In this document: positions 1 through 13,839 of the stretch, piece by piece
How positions within the stretch are numbered: the first letter of the stretch is position 1
Layout: every line of letters starts with the position of its first letter
From: Prorocentrum cordatum
Lineage: Eukaryota
Direction of reading: 5' to 3'
DNA: 54,795 bases
Assembly (NCBI GenBank): GCA_963575745.1
Contig: CAUYUJ010000209.1
Coordinates: forward strand, 62,001-116,795
The notes under the pieces: generated by a model
Seen by the model: the letters and a program-made list of their open reading frames with translations, nothing else
Database searches by the model: none
Told to the model about the DNA's origin: nothing
Program-made: the position numbers and the translations under genes

Positions 1-301
1 TCGTGTCTCCGGCCCTCGCCCAGGCCACGCCGTGTGCATCCAGCTTCCGCAGCAGGGCGTGGCCTGCCAGCGTGGCCAGACCCCCTCGCGCTGTGAAAAA
101 ACACACGACGATAATAGTTGCTTCGCTATTTTCGGTCTCCAGGGGCTCTTGCTGGGCCTCGGGACCGTCCAAAAACGATTCAGGATAAGAAAACGGTCCC
201 AGGGAAGGGGTCCAAACCTCTGGGGGTCAACGTTGCGAAAAAACACACGACATCTTGGGTCTGCGTGGGTCATACCGCCGAGCCTGGCTCTCCTCTGCAC
301 A

Positions 302-401
302 CTCCTCCGCCTCCTCCTCCTCCTCCTCCTCCTCCTCGTCCTCCTCCTCCTCCTCCTCCTCCTCCTCCTCCTCCTCCTCCTCCTCCTCCTCCTCCTCCTC
401 C
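302..401. repeat. (CCT)n microsatellite
   Basis: Direct reading. Confidence 0.95.
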
Positions 402-700
402 TGCGTGGACCCGAGATCTGTTGACGAGCATCTCTGCTGATTGACTTGCAGCTCCACATCTGCGCGTTGGGCGAGGGCGACCCCGTGCCAAAGGCCACGC
501 TCGAGGGCGGGTCAGAGCGACGGTAAGCTGCACCAGTCTCGAGTCAGCAACGCAGCAAGTCGTCATGGCTGGGCACTTTCTCCGGACGGCACGACGGGAT
601 GCAGTCAGTTAGTAGGAGGCAACTACTGGGAGGTGTTCGTCGGAAAGATGAAGGAGGATTAAGCCCCGTTTGGGAGCTGTTACGCCGGAGTGGGCCTCGG

Positions 701-794
701 GTCAAGCGGTACTAAGCCGGATTAAGCGGGATCAAGCGGGATTAAGCGGGATCAAGCCGAATTAAGCCGGATTAAGCCGGATTCAGCCGGATTT
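701..794. repeat. 10-bp tandem repeat attaagcSgg, about 9 copies
   Basis: Direct reading. Confidence 0.9.
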
Positions 795-1808
795 GGGACC
801 AGGGGAAAGTCAGAATTTGACCTCCCAGGAGGTTGCATCCGAACACGATGGGATGGAATCTGCTCTGTGGCCTAAAGCATGTCGCCAAAAACTTCAATAT
901 GCCTTCTGGCGGGACAAGGGGGTGAGGGAGAAGTGGGGGGGAAGCGGAAGTGGGAGGGGGGGACGGCTGTAGAGGGGGGAGGGGATGGAAGGGGAAGGGA
1001 GAGTGGGACGAGTAGGGGAAGGCAGAATCAGCCAGAATCGAATCAGCGAAAATCGAATCGCACCGGGACGTGCACTGGACTCGGCTGCGTCGGCACGGCG
1101 TCGGAGTCGAATCGGATCGGCTGCGCAGGGATATACAACAGCGCCGTGCGGGCAACGGGCCTCACCAGACCGCCAAAACATCGGAATCGAATCGGACATG
1201 GCCGGCCAGAACCGACATCGAAAGGACTCGATCGGATCGAGGTGCCCCCTGGCGAGGTGGAAGGGGCGGGAGGGAAAGAGGGAGCGAGGACGGGGAGAGA
1301 AATGTGAGCGGCGAGGGTGAAGCAAGAAACACTTGCATGAGCATACACACTGTTGGAGGTCCGCGCAAATGTCTTGGATCGGCGATGCGCCAGGCGCGCC
1401 GCCAGGGGGGTGTCCGGCGCAGTTCCACGACATCCGCGCGGACCACCGAGAGTTCATGACCATGCCGCTCCTCGCCATCGCTCGGACGTCCATTCCTCGT
1501 GTTTTTTGTCGACTTCGTGCGTGTGTTTTTTCGCCACATGATCAAGGCTGCTCCTCGATGGCCGTCGCCGAGAAAAAAATGCACACGTCCGAGCGATGCC
1601 GAGGCTCTTGCCTTCGGGAAGGTCGGAGGACGGGAAGGCAACCCCGCGCGGCAGCAGGCCCGCGCCTGGCACCGGCGCCAGGTGCTCCTGGGGGCGCCGC
1701 GCCCAAGGAGCGCCGCCGGGCACCGCCCGGGGGGGGCCACCCGCCCCGCCCCACCCTCGGATGGAGGAGGCGGGGCGGGCGGGCCCGGGCGGCACCCAGC
1801 CTGCACTA

Positions 1809-2130
1809 TAGGGGAACAAGCAGTGGCATAAACATAGAAACGAAGGATTGCAAAAAAACGAAGGATTGCAAAAAAAACAAGGATTGCAAAAAAACGAAGG
1901 ATTGCAAAAAAAACCTTCGTAGGATTGCAAAAAAAACCTTCGTTCAAGGGTTTTTTTGCAATCCGGAGGTCCGCGCGGATCTCTCGGATCGGCGCTGGGG
2001 CCCCCCCCGCGGCGCCTCCAGCGCCGCCCCTGGCGCGCTCCGCGCGCCAGGGAGGGGGGGTCCAGCGCCGATCCGAGAAATCCGCGCGGACCTCCGAGTT
2101 TTTATGCTTATGCCACTTGTTGTTCCCCTA
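1809..2130. mobile_element. MITE with about 33-bp TIRs starting TAGGGG and internal repeats
   Basis: taggggaacaagcagtggcataaacatagaaac versus gtttttatgcttatgccacttgttgttccccta. Internal 5x aaggattgcaaaaaa and a hairpin at 1966-2095. No clean TSD. Confidence 0.7.
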
Positions 2131-2956
2131 ATGCATTGACATGCACGTTCCCCTGCTCGCAAAGTAACTGCTAGCACATGGCCTGGATCCACCACGGGGG
2201 ATCTTCGATGCATCACGTCGAGGCGAAAATGTGTTTCTCGGACCTTTGCGAGGAGGAACTCTGCGAGCAGTGGGGCGCGCTCGGTGAATGCAGGTGCGAG
2301 GAGGGATGGCCCCTCCTCGCGCCTGCATACCGGGCGCACTCCTGCCAAGAGGCAGGGCGCAGGGCTGTGCATCCGGCGCGAGGGCCGCCGCAGTGCCTTT
2401 GCCCCCATGCCGCTGCCCCCCGCAAGGAGGAGGAGAAGCACACACAGACTGTTCTGCGCAAACTTTCTCGATGCCGTTGTGGGCGTCTCTACCCCGAGGA
2501 TCAGCACTGGCACGGTCCTGCCCGATGGAACGACACAAGCCTCTTTGGCGAGAGGGCTCGGCCAGATAGGCAACGCGACGACTTCGGCGGAGCGCGGGTG
2601 AGCAGGGGCGCTGCTGACGGGGCATATGCTCTCCCCCTCCTCCTTCCTTCCGCCCCACCGCTTCACCCCCGTTCAGCACTACGCACTGGCAGTCTGGGTG
2701 CGCTGGCGCGCTCCCTGCCCAAGAACACTGCTCGCGGCCATGCACGACTCTTCGCGCGGACCCCTCGCCTCCCCGTCCCGCTCCGCATCCCTGGAGCGGC
2801 GCGGCGGTCTGTGGACTCGCGCCAACTCGAGGGCCATGGCCACAGGAGCATCGCGGAAAAAAATGCAGAGCAACGGCAGCAGCATGAAGGCACCACCTTT
2901 CTCTTGATCCAGTTTCGCGAAGTGCGGCCCTTTCACACGCAGAGCTCTCCCTCTGC

Positions 2957-3066
2957 CTTGAAGCCGCCCAGAGTACGGACCGCGCACAACGTACAGAGCA
3001 TCGAGGGGGAAGTACGTCGAGTGCCCCTCAATGTTCCCTCCGTTGGCTTCGGCCGAAGTCCGGATC
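2957..3066 (-). CDS. Candidate exon of an unidentified gene
   Basis: acAG|G ... AAG|GC boundaries around the non-repetitive peptide IRTSAEANGGNIEGHSTYFPLDALYVVRGPYSGRLQ. Confidence 0.3.
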
Positions 3067-3991
3067 CTGTCGGCCGCGTGCCAGGCGAGGTAAGATGCGC
3101 CAGCGCTTGGGCACCTTCGTCCATAGCAACGGCCTCAGCTTAGAATGAGGACATCAACTCCTGTAGGAATGTGCCAGACATGGCGATAGGGAAACGGATA
3201 GCACGAGCGCCGCCCTTCCGCATGCCTCATCCCTCCTCGGTGTACGCTGACGCGAATCGAGCCTGAAGCGGCAACTAGGCGCCACCCAGATGCAACGATC
3301 CTCATTCGCTAGTCTGCCTCCCGCGCAACTGCATTTACAGACGCGCAACACAGATCGGAAATATCTCAACTGTTCGCGAGCGCTCGTGCTTGACAACCAC
3401 TAAGATCTACACTTGCAATCAACTGGATGTTGAAATATTACGCCACCGGAGAGCAGCATGTCCGTGAAAGCGCAGGGGAGAATGAGAAAAGGAACCGTGA
3501 ATCAATCGAGATTCTTCCCGCTCAACTCCCGCGCGAGCGTGGCGGAGGTTGTAAACGACAGCGCATCTGAATAAGAGGCTGTCGAGTACACCACGTGGCA
3601 CGAGCCATGGATCCTCGGATTTCCAAGTGAAGCCCAGAAACCTGAAAGACCCGCAGATTCCTGCAAGCCAAATAATGATGCCCATCATCAGGGTTGCATA
3701 GCAAAGATTGATGGGTCGAGGTCATGCTGAACCAGGATTCGCCGCCACGTTTCAAGAGTCTGAACATCTTCACTAATTCTCCACATGAAACATCATTGTT
3801 CTACTGATACTGACCTGGTCCTTTACCGTACCAGCATTACTGCTCTTAGTACTTGTGATCATGTTTGCTTGGGCATTACTCTGTTCTCCATACTCGAAAT
3901 ACTACTCTTACAGCTGCTACCAATTACCGTGCCCTTGCATTCCCCCTGCGTTCAATTCTCCCTTGCTATTACTTTTGCGTACCGCATGATG

Positions 3992-4323
3992 ACCGCGAAC
4001 CAACAAGAGAACCGCGAACCGGCTCTGGAACCGAAACGGCAGCACAAAACCCGCTGGCCGAACCGGACTGGCCGATTCAGACCAGCCCGCTATGCGAACC
4101 GCACTGGCCGAACCGAACCGGCCGAACCAGACAGGCCGAACCGGACCAGCCTGCTGCGCGAACGGAACCAGCCGAACCGAACCAGCCGAATCGAAACAAC
4201 CAAACCTGACCGTCGCGGGCACCACCGCGGGCACCGGGCTGGTCGCAGGGGGTCGCCGCGGGGCGGCGGCGGCGGCAGTGACGTCGACGTCGACGTCGAC
4301 GTCGACGTCGACGTCGTCGTGGA

Positions 4324-4386
<63 letters not shown>

Positions 4387-4910
4387 TGGCGACGCCGACG
4401 CCGACGCCGACGACGCCAGCGGCGTCCCTCAATAGCCCCCCTTCGTGGCACCTTCTCGGTGACTCTGTCGATGGCCCCCCTCGGTGGCCCTCCCCTCGGT
4501 GGCCCCCCTCGGTGGCCCCCCCTCGGTGGCCCCCCCTCGGTGCCCCCTCCGTGCCCCCCCCTCGGTGACCTCCTCTGTGGTCCCCCCCCGTGGCCTGCCA
4601 CGGTGGCTCCTCTCGGTGGCTCCCTCGGTGGCCCCCCTCGGGGGCCCCCCCCGGTGGCCCCCCTCGGTGGCCCCCCTCCGTGCCCCCCCCCTCGGTGCCC
4701 CCCCCGTCGGTGCCCCCTCTGTGGTCCCCCCTCGGTGACCCTCTCTCCGTGGCCGCTCCCCTCGGTGGCCCCCCTCGGTGGCTCCCGTTCGTGCTCCCTT
4801 CGTGGTCCCCTCTCGGTGCCCCCCCTTGGTAATCACCCTCGATGGCCCCCCTCTCGGTGGCCCTCCTCGGTGCCCCTGCTCTGTGCTCCCTCCCCCCTCG
4901 GTGCCCCATC
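3992..4910. repeat. Composite array: GAACC pentamers, (GACGTC)/(GACGCC)n, ccccctcggtgg units
   Basis: Direct reading. Confidence 0.9.
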
Positions 4911-5574
4911 CCATCCCATGCAAGCGAGAACCTCCGACTGGTTCAGATCGGCTATGTTTGGGGGTAAATGGTGTACTCTATTGTTCAGATATGGCATATC
5001 TGAACCCTGGGCCCCGCGGGCCCCCGAACTTTAGCCCTCGAGCCGCGACGATGCGGAGGGCGAGGTCGCGAGGGGGAAGTGGGCGGAGCGGGGGAGGGAT
5101 AGTCGCCTTAGGGCATTATTGGGCGGGTGCTGTTGCAGCGCACCGATGGGGTGGTATGAGTTGCTGGGCTTGCCCATGCCTTCCTGCGCGTTGTTAGTAT
5201 ACAGTGCTATGATGTGCGATGCTTGGCTATGTTTGTACTGTGGCGATGCTATGATATGATGATTCGGTGGTATGCAGATGTGGCATGCTACGATATGGTT
5301 GCTCTGTTACGCTATGGACTGATGTTGGTCCTACGGTTGCTATGCTATGGTGGTGTTCTGATTTGATATGCACCACTATGAAACGATTGTTCATGTGATG
5401 GCATGATGGTATGATGACACGATGGTGCTATGTTACGGTTTGTCACGATGATGGTCTGATGTGGCATGTTGCTACGTGTTGCTTTGCTATGTTATGATGC
5501 TGCTATGTCAGGCCAACATACACACGACCGACAATCGTGCCGACAACCGCGATGATCTAAATCCTCGGCCAGCC

Positions 5575-5788
5575 TCGGGAGCCCCCCTTCGTGGACCCTC
5601 TCTCGGTGGGCCCCCCATCGGTGGCCTCCCTTCGGTGGCCCCCCTCCGTGGCCCCTTCTCGGTGGCCCTGCTCTGTTGGCAGCCCCATTCGATGGCCCCC
5701 TCTCGGTGCCCCCCGCCCCTTGGTGGCACCCTCCGTGGACACCTCGGCGGCCCCGGGGGCGGCGCGGGGCGACGACGGCGGCAGCAAC

Positions 5789-5846
<58 letters not shown>

Positions 5847-6160
5847 TCAGTCGGCAACAGGACGTCAAATCGGATCCGTCGATTCGTCGGGGGGAACAGG
5901 CCGAACCGGCCGAACCGAACCAGCCGAACCGAACCGGTCGAAAACGGGAGAACCGAACCAACAGGTCCAAACCGGTCGAACCGAACCGGCCGAACTGGAC
6001 CAGTCTGCGGCGCGATCCGAACCAGCCGAACCAAATCAATCTCGGACGCGAACCGAACTGGCCGAGCCGGACTGGGCGCGCCCCGAAGCGAACCGAACCG
6101 CGGCTTTTCGTGGTGCCATGGTGATATGAACCATGTTCAGTACTCCTACTACTACTACTA

Positions 6161-6201
<41 letters not shown>

Positions 6202-6268
6202 GCTACTACTACTAAAACTACTACAACAACAACAACAACAACTACTACTACTACTACTACTACTACTA
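5575..6268. repeat. Composite array: ccctcggtgg units, (GAC)n, GAACC pentamers, (TAC)n
   Basis: Direct reading. Confidence 0.9.
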
Positions 6269-6432
6269 TGACCAATTACTGCCCGTACTGCTCATGCGCG
6301 ATTGCTAGTAAGGCATGCGCGCGAGATGGCGATCGCTGGCATTGCCGTCACTGGTGACATCGATACTGGGGGCGTTCTCTGTCCCATTCTGACATCTACT
6401 CTCGCGGTTGCAACCGCTCCCGACCGAGCTCT

Positions 6433-6575
6433 TGGGGAAACCACAAAGTACCGATACCGCTACCCCCCGGACCTCTCCCAGGGTGCGTTCTGACCAGAAC
6501 TTCGAACCCCGGAGGCCCAATAATAAAGGGAAAACGGCCGAAGGCTAGCGGTATGGGTACCTGTTCCTCCTCTGA
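6433..6575. mobile_element. 143-bp sibling of the intron-4 element outside the anoctamin gene
   Basis: Its start tggggaaaccacaaagtaccgataccgctaccccccggacctctcccagggtgcgttctgacca resembles 37666-37730, and its end tagcggtatgggtacctgttcctcctctga resembles 38020-38050. TSD gctct at 6428-6432 and 6576-6580. Confidence 0.85.
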
Positions 6576-8704
6576 GCTCTCATGTCCTTTCCAACTCGCA
6601 CTATCGCTTGAGGAAGGAGCGACTAAGCATGAACGTTCGGAGGGCAGCGCGGAGTGCTTGCGCCCGCGCTGGGCCCCTTGCCCGGGCGCGCGAAGCGCGC
6701 CGGGGGGTCGGCGCCAGAAGTCCCGCCAGGTGGGGCAGATCGCCGGCCTGCGCAATCCACAACGGAACTCCGAGAGATGATCCTTTAGGTTTTGTCTTTT
6801 CTCCTCGGATCGTACTCCGGGGAGGAAGAAGAAGAAGGAGAAGTGGTGCGGGAAGGCACGCCGGGAGCGCCATCCTGCTCTGGCAGCGCCAGGTTTACGG
6901 CCTCGTGGTCGCCGTTGTTGGCGAGCACCACCTCGAACATGACAGGGTCCCTCTGGTTGAATTTCGCCTGGGCCAACCGGCATCCGTATCAACAGACCTG
7001 TCTCCACTACGAGGCGGCCAGGGCTTCTTAGTGCCACCAGCCTCTCCGACAACGAGGCCAGGATTCTCCCGGTGGAGCTGCTGGCCGCGTCCAGAATGCG
7101 GCGTCGCGACAAGGCCTCGCCATGGATGCCCCCCAGTCGCGCCAGGGGTTCGCCCGAGATGCCCCACCGATACCGGTTTGCGTCGCCAAAGGGGGTCATA
7201 GGACGCAAAAAACCCACCCCCATAATAACCACCCCGACAAGCACCAAGGAAGGAATCGAACAGGGCAGGGCTGTTTAGTAAACGCTCAGGGCCGTTTAGT
7301 AAACGCCAATTGTCGGAGTCTGGGTGGTTTTCCCTCCTTTGGCACCAGCCCGCTGGGCCCGAACCAACCACTCCGCGCCAGACCAGGTCAGCCCCGTGAC
7401 GCACGGAGGATGTGAGAGGGCAGACGGCGGAGCGCACCGCTCGTGGAGATGGTTGCCCAGCTCTCCTGTGTTGGGTTACCGTTTTCGAATACCACTGTCG
7501 CTCCCAAGCCCGCCCCGACCAGTCTCCAGGTCTCCTGCTTGCCTCATCGCGTCCCGTGTCTCCTGCGTCCCTCATCGCTTCAGTTGTGGATTCCTCACCC
7601 CAGTGGGTGCTGTTCAGCGCGGGACTGCCGCCACTTAGCTGCGCCCATGGGGGGTCTAGCGGAATGCGGCCTTGCGCAGACCCAAACGATACCTCGCCCC
7701 TCCCCCCCTTGGGTGCTGCCAGGCATACAACTGTCGACATTGATCTGCGCCCCTGAGGAGTCTAGCAAAGCGCTGTCTTACGCAATCCAAATGCGCCTGG
7801 CTGGCGATCCACCGATCGAGAAAGACGATGACAATATCTTCCCGTCAACGTGTACGTCCTACGTAAGATGCCGCGAAACAGCAAGTCACTGCATTACACA
7901 TGATATCGCCTGCGCTTTGTGCTGCGAGTATCTCTGCCTGGTCGTATGCCCGAGGCGGCGGTACAAGCGCAGGGCGAAGAAAAAGGAGTGAAAGAAATCC
8001 AGACCTCCGACCTGGCCCACCGTCAGGGGACGTCAACCATCCACCTCACCGAGCAAGACCAGGCTGATCATGGGCTCGGGACCGGTGCGTACACCCTTAT
8101 GGCTCGACCAGCGAAGCACGTGCACCCGTCCTGGGCCCAGGGCTCGCCCAGCCTGGATCGGTGAGGTGGACATCGCTGAAGCCCTTCGCCACTGAAGAAG
8201 TGCGCGCCAGGAGCTCTCGAGGCCAGCGGCGTCCGGAGGGGCGAGAGACGGGAGTCGCGATGGGCCCCGCAAACGGGGACTTCGCTAAGCCAGGACATTG
8301 GCGCACCCAAGGAAACTAAGCATCCATGGGCCGACGCGTTCCCCACGTTTTTTCGTTGCCTCCAGCTGGATCTGGCGAGAAGTCTTGGCCTGCGCACGAA
8401 GTCCTGGCTTCAGGGACCGAGGCTGGCGCGAGAAGGGGGAGAACAGCGGGGGGGGGAAGGGGGGGGGGAGAACAATCGAGCTGGGATCCGCGCTGCATCG
8501 CCGAAAGATCGGCGATATGCCCCCGATAGCAAGACCGCACGTCCGTGGGCAAGGCGCGCTATCGCTGCCGCAGCGCTTGCTCTGCACCCGGAAGACGTCG
8601 CGCCGCGGCCGAGGCCGCGTCGGCCGAGCGCCCGACGGCTCTCCACCGTGGCCACACGCCCTCGACATGCCCAGTGCCTCTAGCAGGTGCCCTTCACGGG
8701 GCTC

Positions 8705-8864
8705 CACCTCCTCCCTCCTCCTCTTCCTCCTCCTCCTCCTCCTCCTCCTCCTCCCTCCTCCTCCTCCTCCTCCTCCACCTCCTCCTCCTCCTCCTCCTCC
8801 TCCTCCTCCTCCTCTTCCTCCTCCCTCCTCCTCCTCCTCCTCCTCCTCCTCCTCCTCCTCCTCC
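8705..8864. repeat. (CCT)n microsatellite
   Basis: Direct reading. Confidence 0.95.
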
Positions 8865-10580
8865 ACAGAGCCCCCGGAACCGTCTCTCGCCGTGTGCGGG
8901 GCTGGGGCTCGTCCATTGGCACTGCCTCGGGAGTCGATCTTCGCTGACCCCGGTGGGCGGTGAGTAACAGTGCACGAGTCACAGGTCTGTGCGAGAGTCG
9001 CCGTGATTAGTCATGCCCTCTTGCCCCTTTCTCATCGCCTCACGTCCCGCCGAGAACTCGTGCTGGGGACGCTCAGGTCTTCTGCTCAAGATCCGGTGGG
9101 CTCCTGAATGAGAGTTGCCGCTTGTGTTCACTGATTCATTATTAGTGTTTTCTTCGTATTATCATTCTTCTTATTAGCATCATTATTAGCTCTACTCTGA
9201 TTAGTATCAACACACTATGTATATAGCGAATAGCAATATGAGCACCACCATTATTATGATTACCATTAGTGGTCGTCTTCCTCCAACCCTTCCTCCTCCC
9301 CGTGTCCTTGTCAGCTGGCGCATAGTTTGACCCAACTCGGCTTGCAGACGGCGTATGGCTTGTGCGTGAGCGAGAGGGCCCGTGTGGGTATGTATACACA
9401 TATATATATATATATACAAGACTGCATTGGCGCTTCGCGCCATGCACCTTGATTCTTAAAGCTCGGCATGCAGGAGAACCAAATATAGCGATGATTCATT
9501 GTTGCCGTTTGCGCCATCGTCGTTATAGTAATGTTATGTACTATCCTTATACTTCCTCTCCTCTTACTCGTAATCGTCCTTGTCTGCGAGCCACTCCTTG
9601 TCCTCATCCCCAGCTTTTTATTGCAGGGGCTCCTCTTTGGAGGTGTTCTTGGGACCCTCTCAAAAGCTTTTTGGAGACCTCTGGGGGCCTCCTGGGCGCC
9701 TTTTGGAGGCCTCTGGGGGCTTCTTGCGGCCACCTTGCTACCAACCACGGTCTCCCTGAACGACCGGGTCACGATTTGGAGTGCTTCGGGAGGCGTCTTG
9801 GGGCCATATGGGGCTGTCAGCAGGGCTCTCTTGGGGCCATCTTGCGGCCCTGTTGGACCATATTGGGGCTCTTTTGGACTGTCTGGAAGCCCTTTGACAC
9901 CGCTGTGGGAGGATTTTGGGGGCCTCTTCGGCGGACTCGGACGCACGGAATACCGAAGAACCGAATGTCCAAAAATACAACACAAAAGAAAAAGAAAGTG
10001 TTGTTTTTTTGCACTTGGAGGACCTCTTGGGGGTCTTCTTTGGGTCGTCTTCGGGCGTCTTTGACGTCTCGGGCGTCTTTGGGCTGTCTGGGGCCGCGTG
10101 GGGCTTCCCGCTGGGGGCCCGTTGGGGGACGCCCTCCTGACCCGCTTAGATTGGGCCCCGCTGCAAGGCCCGCAGGCGTCCGAGGCCCGGAAGGCCCGGG
10201 GGACCCCTACAAAAGAAAAAAGCAAAAAAAAAAAAAAAAAAAAAAAACACCACAAAAAAGATAAAATTAAAAAAAGCAAAAAACAATACACAAAACCCAA
10301 ACACTCCACCCCCCCCCCCCCCTCCCCGCCCCCCCCCCCCCCCCCCACACCCCCCCGCCCCACCCCCCCCCCCCCCCAGCCCCCCCCACCCCCCCCGCCC
10401 CCCGACCACCCTCACCCCCCCCCCCCCACTCCCCCCCACCCCTCCCCACCCCCACACAGGCGACCCCGGGCCCCACCCTCTCCCCCCCCGGGGTGTCCCG
10501 AATTTCCGCGAGGGGGGTTTGGGGTCCCACCCCCCCAGATTGTAAAAATGTAGAAAAGGGAATGTATAGATCCACACCGC

Positions 10581-10897
10581 CTGCCGAGGTCCCCGAAGAG
10601 CGCTTCCCCTGGCAGCGGTATGAATATACCCCAACCTCGAACGTATGGACCTTCATGAGCGGATCGATGCGTCCTGGCGGAATCAGAGCCACAAGACGGG
10701 TCTTGGCAAACCCACACCAAAACAAACGAAACGAAAAACTGACCGACGATTTGGACTATCTCGTGACGTCGGATGCCAGGGTCCGCTGCCAGACCACGCT
10801 GGTTCGCCTTATCAATCAGCGGACTCCACTCGACGTGGAACACCAGGTTGCCCTCGAAGCTGAAGGACTGCAGGTGACCGAAGCCCCTCTCGACAAC
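10581..10897 (-). CDS. Two candidate exons of an unidentified gene (10897-10744 and 10673-10581)
   Basis: cccgcAG|G acceptor, G|GTCAGT donor, 70-nt intron, ccAG|G acceptor, AG|GC donor. In-frame join: VVERGFGHLQSFSFEGNLVFHVEWSPLIDKANQRGLAADPGIRRHEIVQIVG-RIDPLMKVHTFEVGVYSYRCQGK. Confidence 0.45.
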
Positions 10898-11476
10898 CTG
10901 CGGGCCGACTCGCTCCAGCCCATCGGGTCCACTCCGAGCCTTCGTTTCGGCTTCCAGCTGCCTTCCAACTTCTCCTTGCTTTGCTCCTCCCGTAAGGAGG
11001 GCACTCCACCCGTCGATTACTAGGGGCCGTCGATCTCAGAGAGCGGGGAGTTGACTTCGAGAGCGATGAAGAGATCGGAGTGATGAGCAGGGTAATTGAC
11101 TGGCACAGAGTGAGAGGGAGAGCGAGAGAGCAAACCAATAACATGAACACCAGGAGGAGAGGGAGAAAGACCACAGGCGCCTTGAGAAAACAATGGCCGC
11201 TCAAGGGAGGGAAGGAAAAGCACGGGATCTGCGCTCCCGAGGCCACGATCCTTTATTTCAAAACGACGGGTCCGCGGCCCGAACCGGCCAGCCACCCAGT
11301 CAGCCTTCCAACCAGTCAGTAAGCCTGCAAACCAGAGATTCGGCCAACCAAGAAGCCTTCCAACCTGCCAACCCAACCATCCATCCAGTCAGCGAACCAG
11401 GGGGGGGGAGGGGCTACAGCAGGGGGCGAGTTCCATCTAGATACGTTGTTGCAGGGTGTTTGAGGTCTTGAGGATA

Positions 11477-11669
11477 TCCTCCTCCTCATCCTCCTCCTCA
11501 TCATCGTCAGCATCGTCATTATCAGAATCAGCATCATCATCAGCATCACCATCAGCATTAGCAGCAGCATCAGTATTATCATCAGCCGCATCATGATCAG
11601 AATCAGCAACATCAGCATCTTCATCTTCGTATTTATATTCATGTTCAGCATCATCGTCATCATCGTCAA

Positions 11670-11760
<91 letters not shown>

Positions 11761-11970
11761 AGCAGCATCATCATCCCTCCTCCTCCCTCCTCCTCCTCCT
11801 CCTCCTCCTCCTCCTCCTCCTCCTCCTCCTCCATCCCCCGCCCTTCCTCTTCCCTCCTCCCTCCTCACCCCTCCCTCCTCCCTCCCTCCACCCTCCTCAT
11901 CCTCCTCCTCCTCCTCCTCCGTCCTCCTCCTCCTCCTCCTCCTCCTCCTCCTCCTCCTCCTCCTCCTCCT
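11477..11970. repeat. (CAT)n/(CAG)n/(CCT)n compound microsatellite
   Basis: Direct reading. Confidence 0.95.
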
Positions 11971-12849
11971 TTCTCCTCCTCGCAAGATCCGGCCCTGGGG
12001 CTTCCCCCCAAATCAGCCCCGGAACCGTCAAATAACCATAATTGTTTGACTGCCTGGGGGACCAGGAAGGGCCCTGGGAAGCCGAAGGCGGCGACAAGAC
12101 TTAGGACCCCTTCTCCTCGGGACTGCTTCGACTTCAGGGCGAGCTCTTGCTGCTGTCGCCCGCGCCTCCTGCGCTTCATGAGGAGATCTGCCCTGCTGCA
12201 GCATCGTTGATGCATGCTGGGTGTACTCTAGCCGCTCCTCCTGATCCCTATCGTCATCCTCCGTTCCCCCTTCTTCTCCTGGGGCCCCCTCGGAAGCCCA
12301 GGGCAGACCCCTGGAGGTCCCAGGAAGCACCCGCGGCCTCCAGAGGCCTCTGAAGATCAAAGCTCCACCCACAAAAACAAATTGGGTCGGGCACGCGCTC
12401 ACATGAATCAGGGATCCGTGGGTCTGGCAAGCGAGCGCCAGATCCACAGATCGGGAAAGAGACCTCCGAAAAGCGCACCCAGTGCCGCCTCATTTGTCGA
12501 CGGACCGCGTCGATGTCGCACGGAAACAGAACACACCGCTAATCCGCGCGCCATAAACCATCAATGTGTTCGTTCCCTCGAGGGGGAAGGGGGGGGGGAA
12601 CACGATCCTCAACGTTCCCGTGGGCGTATCTCCGATCCGGGCGACGCGCCCGACTTTTGCACCGCGAGCCCGCCCTCTCGCAGGACGCGCGGGCGCGCGG
12701 GCGCAGGGCGCGCTCCCCACGGGGCCGGCGCAGGCGCCTTGTCTGGCGTTGTGACGAACCAGCCTCGGGTGGAGCGCGCCCGCTCTCCTCTGTTTCTCCT
12801 CCTCAGCAACAGCAGTAAACAGCTGCATAGACAACAAACAGCGTCATCC

Positions 12850-12876
12850 GCACCATCATCGTCATCGTCATCGTCG

Positions 12877-12947
<71 letters not shown>

Positions 12948-12951
12948 GTCG

Positions 12952-13009
<58 letters not shown>

Positions 13010-13437
13010 TATCATCACCATCATTATCCGCAGCAGCATCATCACCATCATCATCAGCATCAGCATCAGCATCAGCATCACCATCATCATGAGCATCAGC
13101 ATCAGCATCATCGTCATCATCAGCATCACAATCATCATCAGCATCAGCCGCAGCAGCATCATCATAATCATCATAATCATCACCATCATCATCCTCATGC
13201 TCATCCTCCTCCTCCTCATCCTCATCATCAGCAACAGCATCATCATCATCAGCATCATCATCAGTAGCAGCAGCATCATCGTCATCATCAGCAGCATCAT
13301 CATCAGCAGCATCATCACCATCAGCATCGTCACCGTCGTCGTCATCGTCATTGCCGTCATCATCATCATCATCATCACCACCATCATCATCATCATCAAC
13401 ATCATCAACATCATCATCATCATCATCATCATCATCG

Positions 13438-13498
<61 letters not shown>

Positions 13499-13659
13499 AA
13501 CATCATCATAAGCATCATCAGCATCGTCGTCGCAATCATCCTCATCATCAACCTCGTCCTCCCCCTCCCCATCCTCCTCCTCCTCCTCGTCATCACCATC
13601 ATCATCAACATCGTCACCATCGTCGTTATCGTCATCGCCATCATCAGCAACATCATCAT

Positions 13660-13691
<32 letters not shown>

Positions 13692-13734
13692 TCAACCACC
13701 ACCACCACCACCACCACCACCACCACCACACCAC

Positions 13735-13798
<64 letters not shown>

Positions 13799-13810
13799 TC
13801 ACCATCATCA
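12850..13810. repeat. Degenerate (CAT)n microsatellite
   Basis: Direct reading. Confidence 0.95.
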
Positions 13811-13839
13811 ACTCATTGAAAAAATATCCTTGCGAAGGT

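Noticed and set aside
1..570. Possible minus-strand exons (GLATLAGHALLRKLDAHGVAW)
   Set aside because: Cut by the window edge, with ambiguous frame and splice sites.
3150..3780. Lower-GC coding-like segment
   Set aside because: Short broken frames with no recognisable domain.
10213..10490. Poly-A then poly-C stretch as a retroposon tail or G-quadruplex element
   Set aside because: The irregular homopolymer pattern looks like low-quality read or assembly sequence.
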